DNA of 64,000 nucleotides from an uncultured Gemmatimonadales bacterium (GTDB lineage Bacteria > Gemmatimonadota > Gemmatimonadetes > Longimicrobiales > Longimicrobiaceae): contig OY970303.1 of NCBI GenBank assembly GCA_963716255.1, positions 5,792,001-5,856,000 on the forward strand, in the 5' to 3' direction. The translations under genes and the position numbers were made by a program. The notes under the pieces were generated by a model. The model was not told the DNA's origin. It saw only the letters and a list, made by a program, of their open reading frames with translations, and made no database searches. Positions 10,401-20,190 of this stretch are shown one piece after another. How positions within the stretch are numbered: the first letter of the stretch is position 1; every line of letters begins with the position of its first letter.

Positions 10401-13400
10401 CGGAGGCGCCGGGGGCGGCGGCGGAGCTGTGGCCCTCCATCGGCGAGTACTTCGTCTACGACGAGCTGATCTACTCCGGCCTCACGGGCGACGAGCTGCG
10501 CAACTCCCGCTACCGCGCCGCGCTGGAGCGCCACGCGAGGGGCGGGGTGGTGCTGGACGTGGGGACGGGGGCGGATGCCATCCTGGCGCGCATCGCGGCG
10601 GAGGCCGGCGCGCGGCGGGTGTACGCCGTGGAATTGCTGGACGAGTCGTACCGGCGGGCCCGGGCGCGCGTGGAGTCGCTGGGGCTGCGCGACCGCATCA
10701 CCGTGATCCACGGCGACGCCCGCACCGTCCGCCTCCCCGAGCCGGTGGACGTGATCGTGTCCGAGATCGTGGAGGCGATGGCCGGGGGCGAGGGCGCGGC
10801 GGTGGTGCTGAACGCCGCGCGCCGCCACCTGCGGCCGGGCGGGGTGATGGTGCCGGGGCTCTGCCGCACCCGGGTCGCGGCGGTCGCGCTCCCCGAGGAG
10901 CTGCGCGCCGACCCGCGCTTCACCCCCACGGCCGCGCACTACGTGCGGCGCATCTTCGAGGAGGTGGGCCGCCCCTTCGACGTGCGCCTGTGCGTCCGCG
11001 GCTTCCCGGCGGACGGGCGCATGTCGAGCACCGGCGTCTTCGAGGAGCTGGACTTCCGCTCCGGCCCCGCCGCCCCCGAGCAGCGCCGCCAGGAAACGCT
11101 GACGGTGGAGCGCGACGGCCGCGTGGACGGGCTGCTGCTCTGGCTGTGGATGGAGCTGGCGCCGGGCGAGGAGCTGGACATCCTGGAGGAGGAGACCGCC
11201 TGGTTCCCGGTGTACTTTCCCGTCTTCGACGGGGGCGTGGAGGTGCGCGCGGGGGACCGCATCGTGATGGAGTGCGGCACCGTCCTGTCCGGAAACGGCG
11301 TGGCCCCGGACTACGCGGTGCGCGGCGTGGTGGCGCGCCACGGCCGCGAGCCGGTGGAGTTCGAGCATCGGTCCGCCCACCACGACGCCCCCTTCCGCGC
11401 CTCGCCGCTCCACCGCCTGGTGCTGGCGGAGGACGGCGAGCCCGTGGTGGCGGAGCCGCGGCCGGGCGCCGTGGACCCGGACCACCTGCGGGCGCGGCTG
11501 CGCGAATCGCTCCCCGACTACATGCTCCCCGCGGCCTTCGTGCCCATGGAGAAGCTTCCGCTCTCTCCCAACGGCAAGCTGGACCGCGCCGCCCTCCCCG
11601 CGCCGGAGGCCGTGGCCGCCGGCGCGCGCGAATTCGTGGCGCCGCGCGGCCCCGTGGAGGAGGCGCTGGCGGACATCTGGGCGGGGGTGCTGCGGCGCGA
11701 GCGGGTGGGCGCGCACGACGACTTCTTCGCGCTGGGCGGGCACTCGCTCATGGCCACCCAGGTGATCTCGCGCGTCCGCGAGCGCCTGGGCGCGGAGCTG
11801 CAGCTGCGCGAATTGTTCGAGGTGTCCACGCTGGAGGAGTTCGCGCGGCGGGTGGACGCCGCGATGCGGCAGAGAGCCGGGACGGCGGCCCCGCCGCTCG
11901 TTCCCGTCCCGCGGGACCGGCCGGTCCCCGCGTCGTTCGCGCAGCAGCGCCTGTGGATCATCCAGCAGATGGAGCCGGCGAGCACCGCCTACAACATGCC
12001 GCACGCGCTGCGCCTTCGCGGCGCGCTGGACGCGGGCGCGCTGGAGCGGGCGCTGGACGCGCTGCGCGCCCGCCACGAGTCGCTGCGCACCGTGTTCGCC
12101 GTGGCGGACGGCGCGCCCGTCCAGGTGGTGGAGCCCGCCCGGCCGCGTCCGCTGGAGGTGGAGGACCTGCGCGCTCTCCCGGAGGAGCGGCGCGAAGCGG
12201 CCGCCGCGGAGCGCGCCCTGGCCGAGGTCGCCACGCCCTTCGACCTGGCGCGCGGGCCGCTCCTGCGCGCCCGGCTGCTGCGCCTGGGCGCCGAGGAGTG
12301 GGAGCTGCTGCTCACCCTACACCACGTCGTCACGGACGGCTGGTCCGCCGGCATCCTCCTGCGGGAGCTGTCCGCCCTGTACGCCGCCTTCGCCGGGGGC
12401 GGGGAGGCGCGGCTCCCCGCGCTCCCCGTGCAGTACCCGGACTACGCCGCGTGGCAGCGGAGCTGGCTCGCGGGTGCCGCGCTGGAGCGGCAGCTCGCGT
12501 ACTGGCGCGAACAGCTGCGAGGCGCTCCCCCGCTGCTGGAGCTGCCCGTCGACCGGCCGCGCCCGCCGGTGCAGAGCCCGCGCGGCGCCCACCGCGGGCT
12601 CGTGGTGCCCGGGCACACCGCGGCGGCGCTGCGCGAGCTGGCGCGCCGCGAGGGGGCCACGCTGTTCATGACGCTGCTGGCGGGGTGGCAGGCGCTCTTG
12701 GGGCGCTGGTCCGGCCAGGACGACGTGAGCGTCGGCACCCCCATCGCGGGGCGGACGCGGACGGAGCTGGAGGGGCTGATCGGCTTCTTCGTGAACACGC
12801 TGGTGCTGCGCGCCGACCTGTCCGGCGCCCCGTCGCTGCGCGGCCTGCTCGCCCGGGTCCGCGAGACCACGCTGGGCGCCTACGCGCACCAGGACATCCC
12901 CTTCGAGAAGCTGGTGGAGGAGCTGCAGCCGGAGCGGAGCATGCGGCACACGCCGCTCTTCCAGGTCCTGTTCGTCCTCCAGAACAACGAGCGGGGCGAG
13001 CTGGCGCTGGGCGGGGTGCGGGCGGAGCCGGTGGGCCGCGCGGGGGAGACCACCCAGTTCGACCTGAGCCTGGGGATGGCCGAGGACGGGGCGCGGCTGG
13101 TGGGCGAAGCCTCGTACCGCGCCGAGCTGTTCGACGCGGACACCGTCGACCGCATGCTCGCCCAGTACGCCGCGCTGCTGGAGCGCGCCGCCGCCGAGCC
13201 CGACCGCCCTCTCGTCGAGCTCCCCCTCCTCGCCGACGAGGAACGCGAGGAGGTGCTGGTGCGCTGGAACCGCACCACCGCCGACGCCTCCGCCAGCCTG
13301 TGCATCCACGAGCTGGTGGAGGCGCAGGCGCGCCGCACCCCCGGCGCCGTGGCGCTGGTCGCAGGCGGGGAGCGCGTCACCTTCGCCGCATTGGACCGCG

Positions 13401-16400
13401 ACTCCGCCCGCGTCGCCCGCTTCCTGCGAGGCGCGGGCGTGGGGCCCGAGACCCGCGTCGGCATCTTCCTGGAACGCACCCCGGCCATGGTGGCCGCCCT
13501 CCTGGGCGTGCTGCGGGCCGGCGGGACGTACGTCCCCCTGGACCCCGCCTACCCGCGCGAGCGCACCGCCGCCACCCTGGCGGACTCCGCCGCGCGCGTG
13601 GTGCTCACCCAGGCCTCGCTCGCCGGCATGCTCCCCCCGGACCACGGCGCCCGCGTGGTGCGCCTGGACGCCAACGCCGCCGTGCTGGACGCGGCCCCGG
13701 AGCCCGCCGCGCCCTCCGGCGTGGACCCGGAGAACGCCGCGTACCTGATCTACACCTCCGGCTCCACCGGCCGCCCCAAGGGCGTGGTGATCCGGCACCG
13801 CAGCGCCGTGGCGATGCTCGCCTGGGCCGCCGAGACCTTTTCGGCCGGGGAGCGCGCGGGGCTGCTCGCCTCCACCTCCATCAGCTTCGACATCTCCGTC
13901 TTCGAGATCTTTCTCCCGCTCTCCACCGGCGGCACCGTCGTGCTGGCGCGCAGCGTCCTCCAGCTCCCCGAGCTGGCCGCCGCGGGCACGGTCACGCTGG
14001 TCAACACCGTCCCCTCCGCCTGGGCCGAGCTGCTGCGCGCCGGCGCCGTTCCCGCCTCCGTGCGGACGGTGAACCTGGCCGGCGAGGCGTTCCCGGCGGC
14101 GCTGGCGCGGGACACGTACGCGCTGGGCCACGTGCGCCGCGTCGTCAACCTGTACGGCCCGTCCGAGGACACCACCTACTCCACCTGGGCCGAGGTGGGG
14201 AGCGGCGAGGCGGCGCCGCCCATCGGGCGGCCGCTGCACGGCACTCGCTTCTACGTGCTGGACCGCGCGCTCCAGCCGGTGCCGCGCGGCGTGCGCGGCG
14301 AGCTGTACCTGGCCGGGGTAGGGCTGGCGCGCGGCTACCTGGACCGGCCGGAGCTGACGGCCGAGCGCTGGGTGCCGGACCCGTTCGGCGGGGCGCGCAG
14401 CGGTGGGCGCATGTACCGCACGGGGGACCTGGCGTGGCTGCGGCGCGACGGGCAGCTGGAGTACGCCGGGCGCGCCGACCAGCAGGTCAAGGTGCGGGGC
14501 TTCCGCATCGAGCCGGGCGAGGTCGAGGCGACCCTGCTGGGGCACCCGGCCGTGCGGGAGGCGGTGGTGGTCGCGCGCGAGGACGCGCCCGGCGACCGGC
14601 GCCTGGTGGGATACGTGGTCCCGGCGGAGGGCGCCGCCCCGGCCGGGGACGAGCTGCGCGGCTGGCTGCGCGAGCGGCTGCCGGAGCACATGGTCCCGGC
14701 GGCCGTGGTCGCGCTGGAGCAGCTGCCGCTGACTCCCAGCGGCAAGCTGGACCGCGCCGCCCTCCCGGCGCCGGAGGCGGTGGGCGCCGGGGCGAGCGAG
14801 TACGTGGCGCCGCGCGGCCTCGTGGAGGAGGCGGTGGCGGACATCTGGGCGGGGGTGCTGCGGCGCGAGCGGGTGGGCGCGCACGACGACTTCTTCGCGC
14901 TGGGCGGGCACTCGCTCATGGCCACCCAGGTGATCTCGCGCGTGCGCGACCGCTTCGGCGCCGAGCTCCAGCTGCGGGAGCTGTTCGAGGCTTCCACGCT
15001 GGAGGCGTTCGCCCGCCGGGTGGAGTCGGCGATGCCCGCCGCACCGCCGCGTGAGGTGGACGAGGGCACCTTCGCGTTCCCGCTCTCCTTCGCGCAGCAG
15101 CGCCTCTGGTTCCTGGACCAGATGGCGCCGGGGAACACCGCCTACAACGTCACCGGCGCCCGTCACCTGCGCGGCCGCCTGGACGCCGCGGCGCTGGAGC
15201 GTGCGCTGGACGAGGTGCGGCGCCGCCACGAGTCGCTGCGCACCGTGTTCCGCCTTCGCGGCGGCGAGCCGGTGCAGGTGGTCCTCCCCTGGCGTCCCGC
15301 GCCGCTGCCGCTGGCCGACGTGTCGGCGATGCCCCGTCCGGGGCAGGAGGCGGAGGTGGACCGCCGGGTGGCGGAGATGGCCGGAACGCCCTTCGACCTG
15401 GCGGCGGGGCCGCTGGTTCGCGCGGAGCTGGTGCGGCTGGGGGACGAGGAGCACGTCTTCGTCTTCGGGATGCACCACGTCGTCAGCGACGGGTGGAGCA
15501 TGGGCGTGTTCAACCGCGAGCTGCGCACGCTGTACGAGGCGTTCGCGGCCGGCCTCCCTTCGCCGCTCCCGGAGCTGGAGATCCAGTACCCGGACTTCGC
15601 CCTGTGGCAGCGGGAGCAGCTGGCGGGCGAGGCGCTGGAGCGGCAGGTCGCCTTCTGGCGCGACGCGCTCCGGGACGCGCCCGTGCTCGACCTCCCCACC
15701 GACCGACCGCGCCCGGCGACGCAGACTTTCAACGGCGCCGCGCGGGAGCTGCTCTTCCCGCGCGAGCTGGCCGGGCGGCTGCGCGCCCTGGGCGAGCGCG
15801 AGCGCGCGACGCCGTTCATGGTGCTGATGGCGGCGTGGCAGCTGCTCCTGGCGCGCTGGTCGGGGCAGGAGGACGTGGTCGTCGGCACGCCGACCGCCGG
15901 GAGGGGCCGGCGCGAGATCGAGGGATTGATCGGCTTCTTCGTCAACACCCTGGCCATCCGGGTGGACCTGTCCGGCCGACCCGGCTTCCGGGAGGTGGTG
16001 CGCCGCGTGCGCGAGGCGTCGTTCGCGGCGTTCGCGCATCAGGACCTCCCCTTCGAGAAGATCGTGGAGGAGCTGAAGCCGGAGCGCGACCCCGCCCGCT
16101 CGCCGTTCTTCCAGGTGGTCTTCGCCCTGCAGAACGCCCCCGGCGACTCCGTGAAGACGCCCGGGCTGGAGTGGGGCGGGTGGGGCGGCGAGGGCCGCAC
16201 CGCCAAGTACGACCTGTCGCTGGTGCTGGTGGACACCCCGGAGGGGCTGGCCGGGGTGCTGGAGTACAACACCGACCTGTTCGACCCGGAGACGGCGGAG
16301 CGGACGATCGCGCGGCTGCGCACGGTGCTGGAGGCCGTCGCCGCAAATCCCGAGGTTCCCGTCGGCGACGTGCCGCTCCTCGCCCCCGGCGAGCGCGAGC

Positions 16401-18274
16401 GGCTGGCGGAGTGGAGCGACTCCGGCGCGGCGGAGGCGCCCGCGCGCTGCGTCCACGAGCTGTTCGCGGAGCAGGCCCGGCGCGTGCCGGCCAAGACCGC
16501 CCTGGCCTCCGGCGGCGAGCGCGTCTCGTACGCCGATCTGGACCGCCGCTCGGACGCGCTCGCGGCCCGCCTGCGCGGCCTGGGCGTGGGCCCGGACGCG
16601 CGGGTGGGGACGTGCATGGAGCGGTCGCCCGCCATGGTGGCGGCGCTGCTCGGCGTCCTCAAGGCCGGCGGCGCCTACGTCCCCCTGGACCCCGAGTACC
16701 CGGACGACCGCCTCGCCTTCATGCTGGCCGACGCCGGCGCCCGGGTGCTGGTGACCGACGCGGCGCTGGCCGGGCGCTTCGCGGGCTTCGAGGGGGAAGT
16801 CGTCGTGGCCGACATGCATGAGAGCGTGGAGGACGTGGGTGTGCTGCCGCACTCGCCGTCTCCCGAAAACCTCGCGTACGTCATCTACACCTCCGGCTCC
16901 ACCGGCGAGCCCAAGGGGACCGAGGTGCCGCACCGGGCGATCCCGGGCTTCTTCCGCGGGGTGGACTACGCGCGCTTCGACGGCGAGCAGGTGACGCTGC
17001 AGCACTCCCCGGTGTCGTGGGACGCGCTGACGCTGGAGCTGTGGAGCGCGCTGCTGACGGGGGGGACGTGCGTCCTCCAGCCGGGGCGCGGCGGGGAGCC
17101 GGAGGAGCTGGCCGCGCAGGTGCGGGAGCACGGGGTGGACACGCTCTGGCTGACCTCGGCGTACTTCGACCTGGTGGTGGACGCCTTCCCCGGGGCGCTC
17201 TCGGGGGTGAGGCAGCTCCTGGTGGGGGGCGAGGCGCTGTCGGCGGCGCACGTGCGGCGCGCCCTGGAGGCGTTCCCCGAGATGCGGCTGGTCAACGGCT
17301 ACGGGCCCTCGGAGTGCACCGTGTTCTCGGCGTGCCACGTGGTGCCGCGCGAGTGGGACGGGGCCTCCGTCCCCATCGGCCGGCCGGTGGGCGACCGGCG
17401 CGTGCACGTGCTGGACGCGTCGCTGGAGCCGATGCCCGTGGGGATGCCGGGCGAGCTGTGCGTGGGCGGGCCCGGCGTGGCGCGCGGCTACCTGGGGCGG
17501 CCGGCGCTCACGGCGGAGCGCTTCGTCCCGGACCCGTTCGCCGCGGAGCCGGGCGGCGGGGCGCGCATGTACCGCTCGGGCGACCGGGCGCGCTGGCGCG
17601 CGGACGGGACGCTGGAGTTCCTGGGCCGGCTGGACCGGCAGGCCAAGGTGCGCGGCTTCCGCGTGGAGCCGGGCGAGGTGGAGGCGGCGCTGGCGCGCCT
17701 CCCCGGAGTGCGCAGGGCGGCCGCCGTGGTCCGCGAGGACGCCCCCGGCGACCGCCGGCTCGTCGCCTACGCGGTCGCGGAGGAGGGCGCGGCGCCCACC
17801 GGCGCGGAGCTTCGCTCGGCGCTGGCCGCCTCGCTCCCCGGGCACCTGGTCCCCTCGGCTGTGGTGCTGCTGGACGCGCTGCCGCTGACCCCGCGGGGGA
17901 AGCTGGACCGGCGCGCCCTGCCGGCGCCCGACGCGGGCGCGGCGGCGGCGGTGACGTTCGTGGCGCCGCGAACGCCCACGGAGGAGCGTATCGCCGCCAT
18001 CTGGAGCGAGGTGCTGCGCGTGGAGCGGGTGGGCGTGCACGACCGCTTCTTCGACCTGGGCGGGCACTCGCTCCTCGCCACGCAGGTGGTCACCCGCGTG
18101 CGCGAGGCGCTGGGCGCGGAGCTTCCGCTGCGCGTCCTCTTCGAGACCCCCACGGTGGCCGCCCTTGCCGCCCGCGTGGAGGCGGGGCGCGCGCTGGAGC
18201 CGGGGGACGAACGCATCGCGCCGCAGGCGCGCGAGGGGAGGGGGCGGCGGGCGGCGCGCAGGCCGCGGGGGTAG
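7472..18274 (+). CDS. NRPS, 3 modules: C-A(MT-interrupted)-T, C-A-T, C-A-T; no TE
   Basis: C motifs [27 protein letters not shown]; three YTSGSTG A3 motifs; three LGGHSL T motifs. Hand-read specificity codes: A1 DIWHFGLII (unassigned, Ser-like), A2 DIFNNALTY (Ala-type), A3 DALWLGGVF (Val/aliphatic-type). Confidence 0.95.
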   Translation: MQKSDGRSGGAALSDAKRALLEKRLRGQAAGAARQRDVITPRETAGPPPLSFAQERLWVLDQLDPGSPVYNIAAVSYLDGPLDLELLERTLREILRRHEALRTVFPRVGGEPVQALLDPADFALELEEIPRMPEAERDAYVRRRTREEGSRRFDLAAGPLFRVRIYRLSPTRHVFHTIKHHIVTDGWSMGALSRELEVIYKAFATGEPSPLPELQIQYRDYAAWQREYLTGETLKRQVDYWRGHLAGVPNLEMPTDRPRPPVESHRGAFHRFVIPAEVTAGLHALSRREGVTLNMTITAAWAVLLARYAGQDDFAMGTLIGNRNRAETEGLIGFFVNTAALRMDLSGDPGFREFLRRTRGALLDADAHQDLPFERVVEELRPPRDLSRHPVFQAMFFLHAFVVQHAPMPNPDLGGVTFAAFDPESGIALQDTGAAKFDLGLGMVELGGVLSAILEYATDLFDAATAERICDHLNTLLAAVVADPDACVWDLPMAPDAELRVLEARGAARADFPPEWTVPERFRAQAARTPQAPAVRAGSESLAYAELDARAGRLAGRLRALGVRPGDRVGVALERSPDGVAAMLATWKAGGVYVPLDPGYPRDRLAFMLADAAPGVLVTSSGLAAALPEFGGEVVLVDEEAPSPPGPLSPASGRKGENDDVSSAPLPLAGEGLGRGPSSLAYLIYTSGSTGTPKAVAVSHGALAATLAASGEAFGFGAEDVVTALASSAFDISLWETLSPLLAGGTALLVPREIVADAAAVLEAARDATVLHAVPALMREVVRAARERGAPSRLRALFVGGDAVPPELLAEMREAFPAAATHVLYGPTEAAIICASFRVPREGEVAGNPIGTPLGNAALSVRDPRGAPSPPGVPGELWIGGASVAEGYLGRPELTAEAFVAEDGARWYRTGDRARWRADGTLEWLGRTDRQVKVRGFRIEPGEIEAALTRLPEVRDAAVAVREDEPGERRLVAYVVPEAPGAAAELWPSIGEYFVYDELIYSGLTGDELRNSRYRAALERHARGGVVLDVGTGADAILARIAAEAGARRVYAVELLDESYRRARARVESLGLRDRITVIHGDARTVRLPEPVDVIVSEIVEAMAGGEGAAVVLNAARRHLRPGGVMVPGLCRTRVAAVALPEELRADPRFTPTAAHYVRRIFEEVGRPFDVRLCVRGFPADGRMSSTGVFEELDFRSGPAAPEQRRQETLTVERDGRVDGLLLWLWMELAPGEELDILEEETAWFPVYFPVFDGGVEVRAGDRIVMECGTVLSGNGVAPDYAVRGVVARHGREPVEFEHRSAHHDAPFRASPLHRLVLAEDGEPVVAEPRPGAVDPDHLRARLRESLPDYMLPAAFVPMEKLPLSPNGKLDRAALPAPEAVAAGAREFVAPRGPVEEALADIWAGVLRRERVGAHDDFFALGGHSLMATQVISRVRERLGAELQLRELFEVSTLEEFARRVDAAMRQRAGTAAPPLVPVPRDRPVPASFAQQRLWIIQQMEPASTAYNMPHALRLRGALDAGALERALDALRARHESLRTVFAVADGAPVQVVEPARPRPLEVEDLRALPEERREAAAAERALAEVATPFDLARGPLLRARLLRLGAEEWELLLTLHHVVTDGWSAGILLRELSALYAAFAGGGEARLPALPVQYPDYAAWQRSWLAGAALERQLAYWREQLRGAPPLLELPVDRPRPPVQSPRGAHRGLVVPGHTAAALRELARREGATLFMTLLAGWQALLGRWSGQDDVSVGTPIAGRTRTELEGLIGFFVNTLVLRADLSGAPSLRGLLARVRETTLGAYAHQDIPFEKLVEELQPERSMRHTPLFQVLFVLQNNERGELALGGVRAEPVGRAGETTQFDLSLGMAEDGARLVGEASYRAELFDADTVDRMLAQYAALLERAAAEPDRPLVELPLLADEEREEVLVRWNRTTADASASLCIHELVEAQARRTPGAVALVAGGERVTFAALDRDSARVARFLRGAGVGPETRVGIFLERTPAMVAALLGVLRAGGTYVPLDPAYPRERTAATLADSAARVVLTQASLAGMLPPDHGARVVRLDANAAVLDAAPEPAAPSGVDPENAAYLIYTSGSTGRPKGVVIRHRSAVAMLAWAAETFSAGERAGLLASTSISFDISVFEIFLPLSTGGTVVLARSVLQLPELAAAGTVTLVNTVPSAWAELLRAGAVPASVRTVNLAGEAFPAALARDTYALGHVRRVVNLYGPSEDTTYSTWAEVGSGEAAPPIGRPLHGTRFYVLDRALQPVPRGVRGELYLAGVGLARGYLDRPELTAERWVPDPFGGARSGGRMYRTGDLAWLRRDGQLEYAGRADQQVKVRGFRIEPGEVEATLLGHPAVREAVVVAREDAPGDRRLVGYVVPAEGAAPAGDELRGWLRERLPEHMVPAAVVALEQLPLTPSGKLDRAALPAPEAVGAGASEYVAPRGLVEEAVADIWAGVLRRERVGAHDDFFALGGHSLMATQVISRVRDRFGAELQLRELFEASTLEAFARRVESAMPAAPPREVDEGTFAFPLSFAQQRLWFLDQMAPGNTAYNVTGARHLRGRLDAAALERALDEVRRRHESLRTVFRLRGGEPVQVVLPWRPAPLPLADVSAMPRPGQEAEVDRRVAEMAGTPFDLAAGPLVRAELVRLGDEEHVFVFGMHHVVSDGWSMGVFNRELRTLYEAFAAGLPSPLPELEIQYPDFALWQREQLAGEALERQVAFWRDALRDAPVLDLPTDRPRPATQTFNGAARELLFPRELAGRLRALGERERATPFMVLMAAWQLLLARWSGQEDVVVGTPTAGRGRREIEGLIGFFVNTLAIRVDLSGRPGFREVVRRVREASFAAFAHQDLPFEKIVEELKPERDPARSPFFQVVFALQNAPGDSVKTPGLEWGGWGGEGRTAKYDLSLVLVDTPEGLAGVLEYNTDLFDPETAERTIARLRTVLEAVAANPEVPVGDVPLLAPGERERLAEWSDSGAAEAPARCVHELFAEQARRVPAKTALASGGERVSYADLDRRSDALAARLRGLGVGPDARVGTCMERSPAMVAALLGVLKAGGAYVPLDPEYPDDRLAFMLADAGARVLVTDAALAGRFAGFEGEVVVADMHESVEDVGVLPHSPSPENLAYVIYTSGSTGEPKGTEVPHRAIPGFFRGVDYARFDGEQVTLQHSPVSWDALTLELWSALLTGGTCVLQPGRGGEPEELAAQVREHGVDTLWLTSAYFDLVVDAFPGALSGVRQLLVGGEALSAAHVRRALEAFPEMRLVNGYGPSECTVFSACHVVPREWDGASVPIGRPVGDRRVHVLDASLEPMPVGMPGELCVGGPGVARGYLGRPALTAERFVPDPFAAEPGGGARMYRSGDRARWRADGTLEFLGRLDRQAKVRGFRVEPGEVEAALARLPGVRRAAAVVREDAPGDRRLVAYAVAEEGAAPTGAELRSALAASLPGHLVPSAVVLLDALPLTPRGKLDRRALPAPDAGAAAAVTFVAPRTPTEERIAAIWSEVLRVERVGVHDRFFDLGGHSLLATQVVTRVREALGAELPLRVLFETPTVAALAARVEAGRALEPGDERIAPQAREGRGRRAARRPRG

Positions 18275-18317
18275 CCGCGGGAACCTCCCGGGCCCGGCAC
18301 GTGTTTCACGACAGGTG

Positions 18318-18346
18318 TTGTAGGTCCGCGAGGTCGTTGCTATCTT
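18318..18346 (+). promoter_or_regulatory. Candidate sigma70 promoter for the precursor array
   Basis: TTGTAG-17 nt-TATCTT with an extended -10 TG, in an otherwise very GC-rich intergenic region 117 bp upstream of the first precursor. Confidence 0.45.
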
Positions 18347-18462
18347 CGGAGGGCAGGCGGGAGGTCCGTTCCCGGGAGGGCGCGGACGCCCCCGCCACGG
18401 CCCGGTCCGGGAGGACGCGCCTCCCCGGCCGCAGACGTCCACCCACATCCAGGGAGCCGTCC

Positions 18463-18621
18463 ATGTCGCCCAAGACCACGCCGAAGTCCCGCAAGCTCGT
18501 CCTGAACCGCGACACGATCCGCAACCTGGAGGACCAGGCGGCGGTCAGGTTCGGCCCGCACACCAGCGAGACCGAGGCCTGCTGCCCGGACGTCATCGAC
18601 ACCACGGGCCGCAGCGCCTGA
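18463..18621 (+). CDS. lanA: Lanthipeptide precursor 1 (52 aa) MSPKTTPKSRKLVLNRDTIRNLEDQAAVRFGPHTSETEACCPDVIDTTGRSA
   Basis: RBS gggag; LxLxRDTIRxL leader; Ser/Thr/Cys-containing core; upstream of lanC/lanB. Confidence 0.85.
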   Translation: MSPKTTPKSRKLVLNRDTIRNLEDQAAVRFGPHTSETEACCPDVIDTTGRSA

Positions 18622-18669
18622 CGCCACCCGCAGTCCCACGTCCCACACCCCCACACAGGAGACGCAAGC

Positions 18670-18828
18670 ATGTCGCCCAAGACCACGCTCAAGTCCCGCA
18701 AGCTCGTCCTCAGCCGCGAGACGGTCCGCAACCTCGAGGACCTGTCCACGGTGAAGTTCGGGCCGCACACCAGCGAGACCCGGGCCTGCTGCCCGTCGAT
18801 CGTCGACACCGCCGTCGACACCGTCTGA
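18670..18828 (+). CDS. lanA: Lanthipeptide precursor 2 (52 aa) MSPKTTLKSRKLVLSRETVRNLEDLSTVKFGPHTSETRACCPSIVDTAVDTV
   Basis: RBS aggag; paralogue of precursor 1. Confidence 0.87.
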   Translation: MSPKTTLKSRKLVLSRETVRNLEDLSTVKFGPHTSETRACCPSIVDTAVDTV

Positions 18829-18869
18829 CGCGGTATCGCTCCTCCCACCCCCAGAAAGGAGACGCACGC

Positions 18870-19037
18870 ATGTCGCCCAAGCCCATCCACACGACCCGCA
18901 AGCTCGCCCTGAACCGGGAAACCCTCCGCAGCCTGGAGGACCAGGGCGTCGTCAAGTTCGGCCCGCAGACCAGCGAGCGCCGCGCCTGCTGCGGCGAGAC
19001 CATCGACGTCAACGGGCACCCGATCACGATCGTCTGA
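18870..19037 (+). CDS. lanA: Lanthipeptide precursor 3 (55 aa) MSPKPIHTTRKLALNRETLRSLEDQGVVKFGPQTSERRACCGETIDVNGHPITIV
   Basis: RBS aaggag; same leader; FGPxTSExxACC core. Confidence 0.87.
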   Translation: MSPKPIHTTRKLALNRETLRSLEDQGVVKFGPQTSERRACCGETIDVNGHPITIV

Positions 19038-19043
19038 TGCTCC

Positions 19044-19076
19044 GGCGGCGCCCGGCGAGCAGCCGGGCGCCGCCGC
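19044..19076 (+). other. GC-rich stem-loop between precursor subfamilies
   Basis: ggcggcgcccggc-gagca-gccgggcgccgcc inverted repeat. Confidence 0.6.
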
Positions 19077-19110
19077 TTCCGGCCCGGACCCCATCGACAG
19101 GAGAAGTCCC

Positions 19111-19275
19111 ATGTCCCCCGTCCACGCTCCGAAGAGCCGCCGGCTGAGCCTTGCCCGCGAGACGCTGCGTGCCCTCACGGACCGCTCCTATGCCGCGATA
19201 ACCATTCAGCAGCAGGTCATCACGAGCTGCGGAGATCCCGGGTGCGCCTGCCCCGACAGGACCGCGGAGTACTGA
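19111..19275 (+). CDS. lanA: Lanthipeptide precursor 4 (54 aa) MSPVHAPKSRRLSLARETLRALTDRSYAAITIQQQVITSCGDPGCACPDRTAEY
   Basis: RBS aggag; leader motif; TSCG..C.C core. Confidence 0.85.
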   Translation: MSPVHAPKSRRLSLARETLRALTDRSYAAITIQQQVITSCGDPGCACPDRTAEY

Positions 19276-19318
19276 TACCCGCCACGCTCACGCTCACCAC
19301 GAACCAAGAGGCATTGCC

Positions 19319-19486
19319 ATGTCCCCGATCTCCGGCAAGAAGACCGTCCGCAGGCTCGTCCTGGGCCGCGAGACCGTACGCGCCCTCACGGAGGCGCGCC
19401 CCCCGCGCGCGATCACCATGTTGCCGCAGGAAGTGACGAGCTGCGGAGCAGAGTGCGGCTGCACCGGCATGATGCAGGCGCGCTGA
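19319..19486 (+). CDS. lanA: Lanthipeptide precursor 5 (55 aa) MSPISGKKTVRRLVLGRETVRALTEARPPRAITMLPQEVTSCGAECGCTGMMQAR
   Basis: RBS gagg; leader motif; TSCGxECGC core. Confidence 0.87.
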   Translation: MSPISGKKTVRRLVLGRETVRALTEARPPRAITMLPQEVTSCGAECGCTGMMQAR

Positions 19487-19523
19487 CCGCGGCCACGCTC
19501 ACCACCCACCAGGAGGCATCGCC

Positions 19524-19700
19524 ATGTCCCCGATCTCCAAGAAGTCCGTCCGCAGGCTCGTGCTCGGCCGCGAGACCGTCCGCGCCCTCACCGGTCCGAT
19601 CAACAGTCTGGGCAGCACGCTGGCCGAAGCGACGCTCGACGGCCGCGCGACCAGCTGCGGCGTGGAATGCGGCTGCACCGGCATGATGCAGGCGCGCTGA
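19524..19700 (+). CDS. lanA: Lanthipeptide precursor 6 (58 aa) MSPISKKSVRRLVLGRETVRALTGPINSLGSTLAEATLDGRATSCGVECGCTGMMQAR
   Basis: RBS aggagg; leader motif; C-terminus identical to precursor 5. Confidence 0.87.
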   Translation: MSPISKKSVRRLVLGRETVRALTGPINSLGSTLAEATLDGRATSCGVECGCTGMMQAR

Positions 19701-19740
19701 CCGTTCCCGGCACACTCACCCATCTCCAGGAGCCCTCGCC

Positions 19741-19905
19741 ATGCCGCCGATGTCCACCCGGAAGACCGCCCGCAAGCTCGTCCTCGGCCGCGAGACCGTG
19801 CGCACGCTGACCCGCCCGCGCTCGCAGATCGACCAGACGATCGTCGCCGACGAGACCAGCTGCGGCGAGGTCTGCACCTGCGCCTGCGGGACGCAGTTCT
19901 GCTGA
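19741..19905 (+). CDS. lanA: Lanthipeptide precursor 7 (54 aa) MPPMSTRKTARKLVLGRETVRTLTRPRSQIDQTIVADETSCGEVCTCACGTQFC
   Basis: RBS aggag; leader motif; 5-Cys core ending in Cys. Confidence 0.87.
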   Translation: MPPMSTRKTARKLVLGRETVRTLTRPRSQIDQTIVADETSCGEVCTCACGTQFC

Positions 19906-19945
19906 CTGTCCCCTGATTCCACTCACTTCCACGCCGGGAGGACTC

Positions 19946-20107
19946 GTGCCCGTTCAGACCCAGACGGCCGCGAAGCGGCTGGTGCTCGGCCGGGAAACCC
20001 TGCGCACGCTCGGAGCCGCCGTCGCGGCGCCGCGCGCGGCGACCTGCATGGGCGGCTGCTCCTGCCTCTGCGGCCCCGACACCTTCGAGACGGCGGACCT
20101 CAAGTAG
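19946..20107 (+). CDS. lanA: Lanthipeptide precursor 8 (53 aa, GTG start) MPVQTQTAAKRLVLGRETLRTLGAAVAAPRAATCMGGCSCLCGPDTFETADLK
   Basis: RBS ggagg; leader motif; 4-Cys core. Confidence 0.83.
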   Translation: MPVQTQTAAKRLVLGRETLRTLGAAVAAPRAATCMGGCSCLCGPDTFETADLK

Positions 20108-20121
20108 ACGGGTGACGGGAA

Positions 20122-20170
20122 GGCGCGGCGGGACCGTGATTTCGCGCGGACCCGCCGCGCCCCGCTTTTC
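20122..20170 (+). terminator. Terminator/attenuator-like hairpin between the precursor array and lanC
   Basis: ggcgcggcggg...cccgccgcgcc stem followed by ccgcttttc. Confidence 0.55.
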
Positions 20171-20190
20171 ATGACGACGCGACACGGGAC

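Noticed and set aside
18463..20107. CRISPR array or tandem DNA repeat
   Set aside because: Units are ~200 bp open reading frames with RBS, start and stop codons and protein-level conservation. There are no identical short repeats with spacers and no cas genes.
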